From Octopus sinensis (lineage: Eukaryota), in NCBI RefSeq assembly GCF_006345805.1, contig NC_043004.1, positions 82,398,001 to 82,462,000 on the forward strand: a stretch of 64,000 bases of DNA. Direction: 5' to 3'. The notes below the pieces were generated by a model. The model saw only the letters and a program-made list of their open reading frames with translations. It did not search any database and was not told the DNA's origin. The stretch's first letter is position 1, and each line of letters starts with the position of its first letter. The position numbers and the translations under genes were made by a program. Positions 1-12,418 of this stretch are shown piece after piece.

Positions 1-449
1 ATTGTATATATATATATATATTTTTTTGCGAATGGTGTGGGTGAGAATGTGTGTGTTTCAAGTGAGTGTGGATGAGTGTATACTTATAGGCGCATGTACG
101 TGGGTGTGCGGGCGGGTATATGTAGGTATGGACACGCGAATACTATGAACATATTTACCTCCTTACTTTTACTTCCTCTCCTCACTTAGCGGTCATTCAA
201 ATACCCCTTTTGTCTTAATAACGGTCAATCACACAGTAAGTTCCCATTGTTTAACTGTCATTTTCGTAGCATTTTTTCCGGTGGCCGGATAACTGAAGAG
301 ATGGCGGCGTGTATTTCCACCCCGACATCCGAAACTCGGAGTTTTATCATGGCTACCGAATAAGTGTCACATATGGCATTTACAGATAAATCCTTTATTT
401 ACATAATATCGAGGTCTCTTTCATTCTTTTGTTGTCTTACCATTTCTAT

Positions 450-547
<98 letters not shown>

Positions 548-559
548 AATATATATATA

Positions 560-2150
560 TGATTTAGTTATCGCAGTTATTTATATAATTATTAGATTTT
601 AACTCTACGTTTATTTGTAAGACTTTACTTAGCCAAAGAGATATATAGATCGTTAATAGTAATATGAGTTTTTTTAAAGTGAGGTTTCATGTATTTACAT
701 TTATTGATAGCATAAATTTTAGTCTTTATTAACTATATTTGTTGATAGTTATTTAGTTATTATTTTAAATATTTTATAATTGTTAGATGTGTACTTAAAT
801 CTAATATATGAATAATATTTTTTAGTTAATTAATTTGGTAATTAAATTTTTGGACTATAACTGAGTTAAGGATATTTGTGTGTTTATTTTTTTTTTTAGC
901 TATTTTGTATATTCATAAATATCTCTAATAGTTGACTTCGTCTATTATAACTTATATATTGCTATTTTCAATTGATAATTTGTAGTAGTATTTTCATTGA
1001 TAAATATATTAGTAGTATTTATTGGATACTATATAACTACGGATTGATAATTTCATTAAGTATTTCTTTGTTGAAGATATGTATTTCATTATTTCATTTT
1101 AGTTCTTAACAATAAGGTTTTTATAAGTTATTAATTAGCCAACGAGATATATGAGTCGTTAATTAGTTATAGCTTTCTTTTAAGATTGTTTGTTTGTTTA
1201 CAATTTGCTTTTTCATCTTTAATCTTTTAATTTGTAATATATTTCATAAGTAATAATGAATAATTAATTTATTAGGTTTTTATTATAAGTGCATATATAA
1301 TTTTTGATAGAGATAATTTTAGATCTTAATTCTTATATTTATATACATTTATATATATTCATTGATAATTTAGTTACTATTCAAATATTATATAATTATT
1401 TGATTTGAAATTAAATTTAATAATATGAATAGTGATTATTTTTATTTTTTATTTATTTATAATTTTTTATTTATTTGTTTTTGTTAAAATATTTAGGTAA
1501 ATTAGATATTGACTATAACTGTGATTAGATTATTTGTGGGCTTATGTTTTTTTAAAGCCATATTAAATCTGAATAGATAAATACATTTTCTATTTATTAA
1601 AAATTAATATTTAACATTATAATCGATTGTATGACGTAATCATAATCGTTAAAGTTTCTAGTTTGATAATAGAGTTTTTTATAAGAAAAATTATCATTTT
1701 ATTTATTTCTTTAAAAAATATTGTTTAAATATATTTGATTATTTATTTAACTATTATCATTAACCTGAAGATTGACTATAACCATAATTCGAATTATTAA
1801 CTGAATTTAAATTATTGTTATTCGAATTAGGTTATGGGCATGAAAAGATCGTAGAGGTTTTACTTTTTATCTTATATTACTTTTTATTCTTTTTGATAGT
1901 TATATATATTTAATAAATAAATAAATATTTAAAAATGAATAAATAAATAAATAAAAAATAAATAAATATATAAAGTTAAAAATTAAAAATTATTAATTTA
2001 TATTTATAAATTTATATATATATATATATATATAAATTTATAAATATAAATTAATAATTTTTAATTTTTAACTTTAAATTTAAATAATTTAAATTTTGAA
2101 TTTTATATTTTATATATTTGTATATTATATTAATAAATTTTTTTCTATGT
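560..2150. other. Extremely AT-rich (roughly 85% A+T by eye) degenerate segment of unknown origin
   Basis: Very few G/C. Recurrent motifs TAGCCAA.GAGATATAT..TCGTTAAT (~630, ~1137) and GACTATAAC (~853, ~1513, ~1774). No sustained reading frame in the frames spot-checked. Confidence 0.6.
1971..2076. repeat. Perfect 106-bp palindrome centred on (TA)n
   Basis: TAAAGTTAAAAATTAAAAATTATTAATTTATATTTATAAATTT-(TA)n-AAATTTATAAATATAAATTAATAATTTTTAATTTTTAACTTTA; positions i and 4047-i are complementary, checked base by base. Confidence 0.95.
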
Positions 2151-2249
2151 TTTGGTTTGTGTTTCACTGTTTGATTTGCCTAATAGTGGTTTTATCTCTA
2201 ATTTAATTTATATATATATATATATATATTATATTATATATATACGAGT

Positions 2250-2411
2250 GGATTCTTTCAGTTTCTGTATAACAAATTCACTCACAAGTCTTCGGTCGAC
2301 TCGGCGCTATAAAACGCAGACTGTCGCCCAAGGAACCGCTGAGTGGTATTGAACACAAGACCACATGGCTAGGAAGCAGGCTTCCTAAGTACACAGCCAC
2401 GCCTGCGCCTA
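2250..2411 (-). mobile_element. SINE family B, 5' half (tRNA-like head, CORE-like body), diverged
   Basis: Reverse complement reads GGCGCAGGCGTGGCTGTGT... and matches the head and body of other family B copies such as 8878-9325. Confidence 0.75.
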
Positions 2412-2758
2412 TGAGAGGGATAACCGAAAACGTCGAAGTGTTACTGAAAATATCTGTGCCATTCTTAAGTTAACCATAGCAGCAACAACAACAGTAACAA
2501 CAACGACAACAGAATTGTTCTGACCACTTTACATAAATTGAAAAGGGGAAAAAATGAAACATGAAACCAGAGTGATCTTTTGAGAAAGTTCCAAGTCAAT
2601 ATGGAGCTTCTTTAATAAATGGCAATGACGATATCATAGTCAAATATATGTCTGATAATTTTTCCATCTAGATTTAATATAAATCAGCGAAGACTACTGC
2701 CAAAGCTCTTAAAAGTTTCTAGTTTATAAAAATTGTAATAAGTTAGCAGACCAGCCAC

Positions 2759-2792
<34 letters not shown>

Positions 2793-2834
2793 GATAATAA
2801 TAAGAATAATAATAATAATAATAATAATAATATA

Positions 2835-3063
2835 ATGATAAAAAAATATTCAGACAAATACATAACAAAAACAACCAGGACTTACAAACATATATAACAT
2901 ACACAGAAAATTGCACTACTAGGCACTGCACACATCCTACGCAGAACACTTTCCATACAATAACCATCAGAGCATCACAACAAATCACAGCACATACCCA
3001 AGGCACACAGAGCTGTGCTCGGTAGTGATGAGTGAAAGCACGCTATAAAAATAAAACTACTGA
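2835..3063 (+). mobile_element. 5'-truncated 3' end of the R4/Dong-like element, flanked by (AAT)n on both sides
   Basis: Near-identical to the reverse complement of ~16978-17205; encodes KYSDKYITKT(T/P)GLTN(I/T)YN(I/T)QKIALLGTAHILRRTLSIQ plus the 3' UTR ending AAAACTACTGA. Confidence 0.92.
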
Positions 3064-3066
3064 ATA

Positions 3067-3111
<45 letters not shown>

Positions 3112-3134
3112 TAATAATAATAATGATAATAATA

Positions 3135-3176
<42 letters not shown>

Positions 3177-3178
3177 TG

Positions 3179-3221
<43 letters not shown>

Positions 3222-3234
3222 TGATTTTTTGCCC

Positions 3235-3477
3235 ATTTTTAAAGTCTAACCAGGCTCATGGGCCCGGTCTCCCGGTTTCCGTGTGGGTATGTGGTCCCAG
3301 CTGGATGGGACGCCAGTCCATCGCAGCATTACTCACTTTTGTCAGGTGAGTGGACTGGAGCAACGTGAAATGAAGTGTTCTGCTCAAGAACACAACGCGT
3401 CATCCGGTCCAGGAATTGAAACCACAATCTTACGATCATGATGCTGCCACCCTAACCACTAAGCCATGCGCCTCCAC
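3235..3477 (-). mobile_element. SINE family D (tRNA head, CORE-like segment, V/Meta-like GCGATGGACTGGCGTCCCATCCAG segment)
   Basis: Minus strand shows A-box-like TGGCTTAGTGGTTAG, B-box-like GGTTTCAATTCC, TGTGTTCTTGAGCAGAACACTT and TGCGATGGACTGGCGTCCCATCCAG. Naming the central domain is from recall. Confidence 0.75.
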
Positions 3478-3565
<88 letters not shown>

Positions 3566-4151
3566 TATAATAATAACGACGACGACGACGATCACGACGA
3601 CGACGACGACGATGATGATGATGATGATGATGATGATGGTTGGTGGTGAGGAGGATGAGGATGAAAGTAAAATTCTCGTTATCTTTTTAATCATTTCCTT
3701 ATAGCGCATAAGTGAAGAACGAAATTTCCATCACTTTTCGATGATATATTGCCAATAAACTGTATTTGCTTCACTTTATGCGTCACGTGTTTTTTTACTG
3801 AGTAGAAATCGTTGTTTTTATTTCTTCTTTGCCCAAGGAATGCTGTTATTTATCTGCTAACTAGAGCTCATAGAGAATGTAACATTTATACAAAAATAAA
3901 GTTTACTTCATCAAACTTGATGTTCTTTAGATGATTGATAGCTAAAGTAACCTGGCTGGAACCGAGAGGTGACTTGGTATTGCAATATCAATTTATATGC
4001 GAAATCCCATCAGGTCGAAAATTCATTTGATATAATTTGATTGAGAATTGAGCTGGTGGGCCATGGAAATTACATTTTGATTCGGTTGTAAACGCGAAAT
4101 ACATTGCAATTTAGAATATAACGTTTTTTTTTTTTGTATTACTAGATTGCA

Positions 4152-5715
4152 GAGGCGGTGTGAGCTGTTCGAATCGTTAGCACGCTGGATGAAATCCGTT
4201 GGGGTATTTCACCCATCGTTGCGGTCTGATTTCAAATTCCGCCGAGGTCGACGTTTCTTTCAAGGTCACAATATTTTTTATCTCGTCTAGGCACAAGGCC
4301 CAAAAGTTTGGAGGAGAGGGGCCAATTAGATCGACATCAGTATGCAACTGGTACTTAATTCATCGACCCCGAAAGGATGAATGGCCAAGTCGATCTTGGC
4401 GGAATTTGAACTCAGAACGTAAAGACAGACGTAATAGAGCTAAGTATTTCGCCCGGCGTGCTAACGTTTCTTATTTCTTTATTGCCCACAAGGGCTTAAA
4501 CATAGAGGGGACAAACAAAGACAGGCAAACGGATTAAGTCGATTACATCGACCCCAGTGCGTAAGTGGTACTTAATTTATCGACCCCAAAAGGATGAAGG
4601 CAAAGTCAACCTCAGCGGAATTTGAACTCAGAACGTAACGGCTGACGAAATACCGATAAGCATTTCGCCCGGCGTGCTAACGTTTCTGCCATCTCGCCGC
4701 TTTTCAGGGTCGATAAATTAAGTACAAGGGAAACACTGGGGCCGATGTAATCGAGTAGTTTCCTCCAACCAAATTGCAGGCCTTGTGCCTATAGCAGAAA
4801 AAATTAAAAGAGTGGTTGAACTGGCAGAAACGTTAGCATATCGGACAAAATGCTTACCAGCATTTCTTCTGGTTCTTTACATTCTGAGTTCAAATTCCGC
4901 CGACGTCGACTTTGCCTTTCATCCTCAAATTTTAGTCCTTTTTCCTTTAGTAGAAAGGATATTACTAAACTAGTGAGGAACCGAGCTGGCAGGATCGTTA
5001 GCACGCCGGGTAAAGTGCTTTCATCTGTCTTAACGTCTTGAGTTCAAACTCCTCTGAGGTCAACTTTACGTTTTATCCTTTTGGGGTCGATGAAATAAGT
5101 AACATTTGAACGCTGGGGGGTCGACGTAATTGATTTATCATTCCCCCTAAAATTGCTGACCATACGCTGATATTACTTCCTTGTTCAGGAGGCGAGCTGG
5201 TAAAATCGTCAGTACGTCGGGAAAAATGCTTAGCGGCATTTCGTCTGTTCTTATGTTCTGACTTCAAATTCCACCGAATTCGACTTCACCTTTCATCCTT
5301 TCAGGGTCCATAATGAAAGTATCTATTAAATACAGGGCTCGATGTCATCTACTTCTCCCAACCCCCGAAATTGCTGGCCGTTTGCCAAAATTTGAAAGCG
5401 TTATTACTAACTTGCTAATGAGGTGAGCTGGCATTTCGTTCGTCTTTATGTTCAGCGCTCAAATTCCGCGGAGGTCGACTTGGCATTTCATCCTTTCGGG
5501 GTCGATTAAATAAGTACTAGTTGAACGCCAGAGTCGATAAAATAAGTACCAGTTGAACGCCGGGGTCAATAAAATATGTACCAGTTGAATGCCGGGGTCA
5601 ATAAAATAAGTACCAATTGAACGCCGGAGTCGATAAAATAAGAAACAGTTGAATGCTTATTCTCTCTCCCGAAATTGCTGGCCTTGTGCCAAAATTTGAA
5701 AGCGTTACTACTAAT
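4152..5715. mobile_element. Cluster of about 8 SINE family A copies (tRNA-derived), mixed orientation, partly nested
   Basis: Repeated head GAGCTGGCAGAA(T/A)CGTTAGCACGCCGG, B-box GAGTTCAAATTCCGCCGAGG, body CTTTCATCCTTTCGGGGTCGAT and tails ending in ATT-rich sequence. Confidence 0.9.
5500..5657 (+). repeat. 32-bp tandem repeat x5 inside a SINE A body
   Basis: TTGAA(C/T)GC recurs at 5521, 5553, 5585, 5617 and 5649 (period 32); unit about GTCGATAAAATAAGTACCAGTTGAACGCCGGA. Confidence 0.9.
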
Positions 5716-5869
5716 CTGCCGAAGAATGAGCATGTGAGGTCAAAGGATAACGTATTTGTAATTGCGTTTCTTGAAAATGGTTTCCATGAAATGATATTCT
5801 TCCCACGATATTCTCATGTGAAAACAATGACTGAATTTGCCGCTAAAGTGGATAATGCAATTGCTTTGG

Positions 5870-6470
5870 GGACATAAACACACTAGCATCGGTTATGAAG
5901 CGATAGTGGGGGGAGGTACAAACACAGACATGAAGACACACACGCATGAATATATATATATATATACGACGGGCTTCTTTCAGTTTCCGTCAACCGAATC
6001 AACTCACAAGGCTTTAATCGGCACGAGGCTATAGTAGAAGTCACTTCACCTCCTTTTGCTTCAGCTGTTCACTGAGGACACAAAAATGAGTAAGAGTGCC
6101 ACGGGCCAGTGTCCCGTCCAGTGGGGAATATATATAAACCATAGCAACCAGGAAACCAGTCCAATGAATCTATATGAGATACATGGCTGTGTGGTAAGTA
6201 ACTTGCTTACCAACCACTTCGTCCCGGGTTCAGCCACACTGCGTGGCACCTCGGGCAATTTTCTTCTACTATAATCTCACCCCGACCAAAGCCTTGTGAG
6301 TGGATTTGGTAGAAGGAAACTGAAAGAAACCCATCGTATATGTGTGTGTGTGTGTCTGTGTTTCTACCCCAAGCATTGGTTGACAACCGATGCTGGTGTG
6401 TTTACGTCCCGGTAACTTAGCAGTCTGAAACAAGTAAATGACTGAAACCAGTAAAAGAGTAAAAGAGAGT
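5870..6470. mobile_element. Two SINE family B copies in opposite orientation (5870-6050 minus, 6183-6470 plus)
   Basis: Family B motifs GGCTGTGTGGTAAGTAACTTGCTTACCAACCAC, GAAACTGAAAGAA, an internal (TA/TG)n and a tail ending GTAAAAGAGTAAAAGAG. Confidence 0.8.
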
Positions 6471-8877
6471 ACGTTTCAGCTCATGTTGTGTATGGGGGTT
6501 TGTCAATGAAATGAATCAACAGGTAGGAAAATGTAAGTGGAGGTAATTGGTGATCGTTATTATTCGGTAGGTGGGAGTAAATTGCTCATTTTTGGAGAGT
6601 AATGAGACTAAATATTTACAGTGATTTTTTGTGAACATGAATTAAAATATATACAAGATCAAAGTTGGTTATGCGTTCATATTTAGGCGTGTTCTGTATT
6701 TCTCGATAAACAAATTTTCGTCATATATCAGAGAATTCGTCCTCTTTTGACGTTTACTACAGTGAAGCACATATTTGGCGTCTAAACCTACCTAGGCGTA
6801 TTAAGAATAAATGTGTAAATGCTTGTTCGTTAAATTAATTTGATCTTTTATTCTAATGAGATCTCTTACTTGAAGCTTTCTTTGTCTTCTTAGTAAGATA
6901 TATTTTCAGCTTGGAATAAATATGTCTCTGTAAGATAACTGGGATTACTGTTTGAAAAAAAATTTATAGTGTTTCTGTTTGTTGCAGAAAGAAGTCTTAT
7001 ATGCCAATAATGTAATTGTTTCTTTTCATTGTTAATGGCAACCAAAGGATTCAAGTGATTTGGAGACATTTGGAGATGCCTTGAAGCATGTTGTATATTT
7101 ATACTCTTGTATCAAGAATGGAAGCATTTGAATAATGACATGATTTCAATATATTTTCAATCAATCAATCTACTAATATTAACTTATTTCTAAAGGCAAT
7201 GAAGAGCAAATGTCGGTGACAAAAACGAACGTTTAGTATTTATTTTTATTCTTTTACAATTTCAGTTGAAATCCCAACGGATTCAACTTTGCTTTTCATC
7301 TTCTCGAGGATAATAGAAAAAAAGATGTATCAATCAAGTAATGAAACGGATTCGATTGACTATATCAGATCGAAACAGATTTAACAATTTGTGTTTGTAC
7401 AACAAATCGACATTTTCATAGAGCGGCTCGTAACAATGAGTAAAAGATTATAAATATGCCTTAGTGACATTTCTATTAGTTCAGGAATGAATTCAACTTG
7501 ATTACAATGTAAGCATCTTTAATTCTTTATCCAGTTGAATCAAATTCATACTGTAGGTAACTTTGAGTGAGATGCAGATATTGAAATCGACAGTTTACCC
7601 AACCCAAATTTGAAATTTTGCCCGACAGAAATAAATGCGTGAAATAAAACAAGTAAAATAAATCTAAACAATAAAATGATTACATAAAAATGAGAAATCA
7701 ATGTTTATTTAGAGAAGTGAGGTTCTATACTGTGAACAAGATTAGATCAAAATGGTCTTGACACCTGGTTAGAAACTTCCTTGGTAATACAAGAAGGATA
7801 AATTGAGTTCAAAGCACTAATATACATATATTTCTGCATTTCAATCGGCAGATGATAAAAAGCGACTGAAAAGCCCCCAGCTATTTTGTAAATTCTGCCG
7901 ATTAAAAATAACGCGCGCACACAAACACACACACACACACACGTGTACGTGTTTAATTTCACTTTATTACTCAATATTAAATTAATTTAACCTCATCACT
8001 AATTCAATGATAATTCTGGAAAAGCTGTGGATAACAGTATTTTCCCGAGTTTTCTTTCTCCTCCTATAACCATGTCGGCTTTTGGCTCGCCACAAGAAAT
8101 CGATATTGGTTTCTTAGCGACAAACACCTTTGTGTTGCCAAAAGAAAATCAATAATATTTTACGAAAGGGAAATAAAATAAAAACAACAACAAACAGACA
8201 CAACATTCTTACGGTGACACGAAACGTGAGATATACACTGGAACAGAACCGGGAGAAATTACGTAATTTATAGTTCTGCCAGAAGAAGTAATCCAATAAA
8301 AATATCGATAAAGTCATAAGTGAAAACAGCCAAAGAAACTAAAATACCACAGAAAGAAATATAAATAAATAAAGAATGAAAATTTTAAAAAATTGAATTC
8401 AATATTTACTGATTATTCCCATGCGAGAAAATTCTTTTCATTCCATATATATATATATTTTAGTTGATTTTCAAAATAGTCACTGCATGATATTCAACAA
8501 TTTTTACATTTCCGCTTTGAAGTAAAATGTTCAACGTCAGTTTCATGAATGGTGCTTGAAAAAAATCGGTTAGTAAAAAGTCAAGTCACAAGAGAATAAA
8601 TGCGTTTAATTGTATACAAACAAGCGTGATTAAGCCAGAATCCTTTTATTTACATTGCTTACAATAGAAATTAAAATATATGAAAAACAGTATACAGGAA
8701 GTGGAGTGCAAGATGAAGCAGTCCCTTATTTGTCTACGAATTTGTATTTTGAGTCATCTATGATGCGTCTATGACGGTGTTCCTCAACCTGTTTTTACCA
8801 ATTGGGCTCTTTGATTCCTATTATACTCGGATGGACCCTCATAAAATTCCATATTTAAAATATCTTATTATATAAGA

Positions 8878-9325
8878 CGAGTGGCTGTGTGGTAAGTAAC
8901 TTGCTTACCAACCGCATGGTTCTGTATTCAGTCCCACTGCGTGGCATCTTGGGCAGGTGTCTTCTACTATAGCCTCGGGCCGACCAAAGCCTTGTAAGTG
9001 GATCTGGTAGGCGGAAACTGAAAGAAGCCTATTGCCTATATATATATGTGTGTGTGTTTGTGTGTGTGTGCGTATGAGTGTGTGTGTATATGCGAGTGTA
9101 TGCATGTGTGTGTGCGTGTATGTTTGTGTGTCTGTGTTTGTCCCCCCATCATGGCTTGATAACTTATGCTGGCGTGTTTACGTCCCCGTTCATTAGCGGT
9201 TCGGCAAAAGAGACTGATAAAATAAGTACTAGACTTACAAAGAACGAGCCCGGGGGTCCATTCGTTCGACTAAAAAGGCGATGCTCCAGCATGGCCGCAG
9301 TCAAATGACTGAAACAAATAAAAGA
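8878..9325 (+). mobile_element. Full-length SINE family B (tRNA head, CORE-like domain, internal microsatellite, CR1-like tail)
   Basis: Head GTGGCTGTGTGGTAAG...TTCAGTCCC, CORE-like GGCATCTTGGGCAGGTGTCTT, internal (TA)(TG)n, tail GGCGATGCTCCAGCATGGCCGCAGTCAAATGACTGAAAC. Confidence 0.9.
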
Positions 9326-9751
9326 ATATCTTTATAATTCAAAATATTATTAGCAATTATAAACATAAAAAATAAACCTGTTAAAATATTTTGTGCAATG
9401 TAGAAGAATAATAAATTTATTCCCCTTAACGGCCATATGAATTCCTATTGAGAGCCACTGCGGTATAAGGTGACTAAAGGTGTCTAGAGTAACAATCATG
9501 AAAGCAGTGTTCTTCATTTCCAATCTTCTGTGTCTGGTCATGGGTAAATATTACATTGCTTGGAAACAGGTGAGGGCTGGTGACAGGAAGGGCATCCAGT
9601 CACAGAAAATCTGCCTTAACAAAATCTGTCTGATCCATGTGGGCACGGAAAAGCTAAATCGATGATGATATAACTGACCTCTCTAACAAGCCCAAAAATG
9701 ATTACTAAATGAAAAGATAAAGAGTTGAAAACTAGCTTGAACTTACTGTTT

Positions 9752-10056
9752 CATCCCCCACATACACACACTAAATAAACATAAACGCACATAGAGATAT
9801 AAGCATGCGCAAATGAAGACATACAACAGAAATACAAAATGGCTGACGGTTAGTAAGGAGAGACACAAATAAGTAAGAAGAAAACAAAGGACCACTGATG
9901 CGGTCACAGGAGTGTGACGAAAGAACTCTGGCCGAAATAAGATTAAGATTAATGTAAAAAATAAATAACACTGAAGCAAAGTAACACCAAATATATACTG
10001 CGTGTGTTTTTATTGGCTAAACTGGCAAAATGACCATTCCTAAATACAACAATATA
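9752..10056 (+). mobile_element. Short Penelope-derived-like element family G (other copies 50228-50510 minus, 51311-51609 plus)
   Basis: Three ~300-bp near-identical copies, each abutting (TA)n and each containing a hammerhead-like fold. PLE origin is inferred. Confidence 0.8.
9889..9933 (+). ncRNA. Hammerhead-like minimal type I fold with A9C core variant
   Basis: GGACCA-CTGATGCG-GTCACA(GGAG)TGTGAC-GAAA-GAACTC-TGGCC; identical at 51445-51489, with one stem II mismatch in the minus-strand copy at 50387-50431. Confidence 0.5.
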
Positions 10057-10064
10057 TATTATAT

Positions 10065-10110
<46 letters not shown>

Positions 10111-10114
<4 letters not shown>

Positions 10115-10344
10115 GTTGGATAATTATTGCGACTTTTTTCAACAAATTTTATTCAACAAAAGCAATAAGAATATTTAACAAAAACATCATTAAATGACGG
10201 TCTGACTGTCTGCCAAGCAAATGAGAAGCAGTAATCGAAGTAGATGGTGAATATGCTCCGGAATAATCATTTAAATATATTTTTGTTATATGTTTTTAAT
10301 GTTTTTGTTGAAAAAAACGCTGCAATAATTATGCACCAACCCAA
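10111..10344 (+). mobile_element. Mariner-type MITE with TA target duplication
   Basis: TIRs TTGGGTTGG..ATAATTATTGC / GCAATAATTATGCACCAACCCAA, flanked by TA; retains the transposase C-terminal remnant EAVIEVDGEYAPE-stop. Confidence 0.85.
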
Positions 10345-10349
10345 TATAT

Positions 10350-10570
10350 AAGGTGGCGAGCAAGCAGAATTATTAGCGTGCCAAGCAAAATTCTTAGCGG
10401 CATTTTTCTCTTCTTCATGTTCTGAGTTCAAATTCAGTTGAGGTTAGCTTTGTGTCTCCTCTTTTCTGGGTCGATAGAATAGGTACCAGTTGAGCGCTGG
10501 AGTGACATAATCGACTTACTCTGCCTAGGGGGATGCTGGCTTTATGCCAAAATTTGAAAGCAATATTGTA
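10350..10570 (+). mobile_element. SINE family A copy
   Basis: GGTGGCGAGCAAGCAGAATTATTAGCGTG head, GAGTTCAAATTC B-box, tail TTATGCCAAAATTTGAAAGC. Confidence 0.8.
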
Positions 10571-11465
10571 CTCTATATATCTGTGTGCGAGTTGTATGCG
10601 TGAAGTGATCAAGAATTTCTGAACGTACATTGGTTTATTATGGTGTGTCTATCGACAAGAAAGATTTGAAAAGATTCTAAAAGTTTCAAGTTATTTCATG
10701 GCAATAGAAAATTTATCACGAAAACGTCTGTTAAACCTCGATTCGGAATTCAGTGTGGGATCATCAATACCTGTTAGGTATGACGTAAATGTATAGCTCT
10801 GAGTGATTTATTGAAAGATAACTGCGATATTTCGGAATCGATCTTATCGGATAGACTTGTAGGAAACCATTTATTAAGACTTGAAGAAAATGTAACACAT
10901 TCCAAGTTATCAAAAGACAAGGTACAAAATTGGTTTCTTGGTATTTTGGTATCAAATACAAAGGTACCCATGTTTCTAGTTTGCTTGAATCATCGCTTTT
11001 GATAACTCGTTGCAAACTTAAAGTATTTATTCACGCTAGATACTCAAAATTTGTCATAAATAAGTCAGTTTATATACACCTACAGACACACACGTATATA
11101 TATTATATATTCTTTAATTCCAACATTTGTCTATGTGCTTGTGTGTGATGTATGTGTACGTGTATTTGTTTGAATGCGTGTGCGTTTGTCCCTCATCACC
11201 GTGTGACAACAGGTGTTGGTATGTTTATATCCTTGTAACAGTGGATCTGTACAAGAACTGATAGAATAAGTACGAGGCTTTTAAAACAGTAAGTACTGAG
11301 GTTGATTCGTTCAATTAGAAATTCATCAAGGTCGTGCCCCAGCATGACCGCAGTCTAATGACTGAAGTAAGTAAAAGATAAAAGTTGTATATGAGCATAA
11401 GATTATTACACATGAAAGCAGAGATAGGTTATATGAATGAATGCTCATATATATTGCTCACTAAG

Positions 11466-11555
<90 letters not shown>

Positions 11556-11684
11556 TTCAATGTACATGTGTGTGTATTTGGGTGTGAGAAAAAAAAATAT
11601 ATATATACATACACACACACACACGACTGGCTTCTTTCAGTTTCGTCTACCAAATTCACTCTCATATATGTATGTATGTATGTA

Positions 11685-12097
11685 TATTTAATAAATTCAA
11701 ATAGATAAAAGAAAAAGAAGAAAAATAACGAACGTGAGGACGTGCACAAAAAGTATTTTAGCTTGACGCTCGGTGAAAGGAGACGGCTTAACGTTTTAAG
11801 CATAGCTCTTCGTCGGAAGGGAGAAAGGGAAAAGTCCAAACCAGAAAGAGAAGAAATTGCCAACGGGCCACGTGTAGTTACACTGCTGATATATATATAT
11901 ATATATAAAGTTAATCCAAACATGAAAACACAAAGAGAAAACACAGCAACGCGAGGACGTGGAACAAATATAGTATTATTGGACGCTCAGGAAGGAAGGG
12001 AAGGAGGGTTTAACGTTTCGAGTGGAGCTCTTCGTCAGAAACATAGGAAAAGAAAAGATCCAGAGAAGGGAAGACGGAGGAAAAAAATCGCCAACGG
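11685..12097 (-). mobile_element. Two related ~190-bp hammerhead-bearing elements in tandem, separated and followed by (TA)n
   Basis: Shared architecture GAGGACGTG...GACGCTC...hammerhead...(C/T)GCCAACGG. The first is repeated at 27943-28145; related elements lie at 14190-14378 and 42413-42500. Confidence 0.75.
12008..12042 (-). ncRNA. Minimal type I hammerhead ribozyme (canonical CUGANGA/GAAA core)
   Basis: Minus strand GTTT-CTGACGA-A-GAG(CTCCA)CTC-GAAA-CGTT-AAAC: stem I GUUU/AAAC, palindromic ACGU stem III, GUU cleavage triplet. Confidence 0.7.
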
Positions 12098-12117
12098 TAT
12101 ATATATATATATATATG

Positions 12118-12418
12118 TGGAGGTGCAATCGCCCAGTGGTTAGGGCAGCGGACTCGCGGTCATAGGATCGCGGTTTCGATTCCCAGGCCGGACGTTGTGA
12201 GTGTTTATTGAGCGAAAACACTTAAAAGCTCCACGAGGCTCCGGCAGGGGATGGTGGCGGTCCCTGCTGTACTCTTTCGCCACAACTTTCTCTCACACTT
12301 TCTTCTGTTGGCCTGCTCGCTTAGCCAGCGTGATGGCGTCATTTGAAGGCTAATACAATGCGAAGCGCATTGTGACCAGCGATGTGTAGCAAGCAGCATC
12401 TGATAGCCTGGTCGGTAG
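12118..12418 (+). mobile_element. SINE family C (tRNA-derived head)
   Basis: Head GCCCAGTGGTTAGGGCAGCGGACTCGCGGTCATAGGATCGCGGTTTCGATTCCCAGG with A- and B-box-like motifs; followed directly by a family B copy (12419-12600). Confidence 0.75.

Noticed and set aside
301-363. Gene start ATGGCGGCG
   Set aside because: The frame closes after 20 codons with no splice donor, and there is no supporting promoter evidence.
560-2150. Mitochondrial insertion (NUMT) or RIP-mutated DNA
   Set aside because: Spot translation gave early stops in all plus frames and no mitochondrial gene, tRNA or rRNA motif was recognised. CA/TG dinucleotides are plentiful, unlike RIP.
5500-5657. CRISPR-like array
   Set aside because: The units are contiguous with no unique spacers, derive from a SINE body, and lie in eukaryotic context with no cas genes.
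12118-12190. tRNA genes at SINE heads (also 3400-3477, 8878-8940 and others)
   Set aside because: A/B-box-like motifs are present, but no full cloverleaf forms and each continues into a SINE body.
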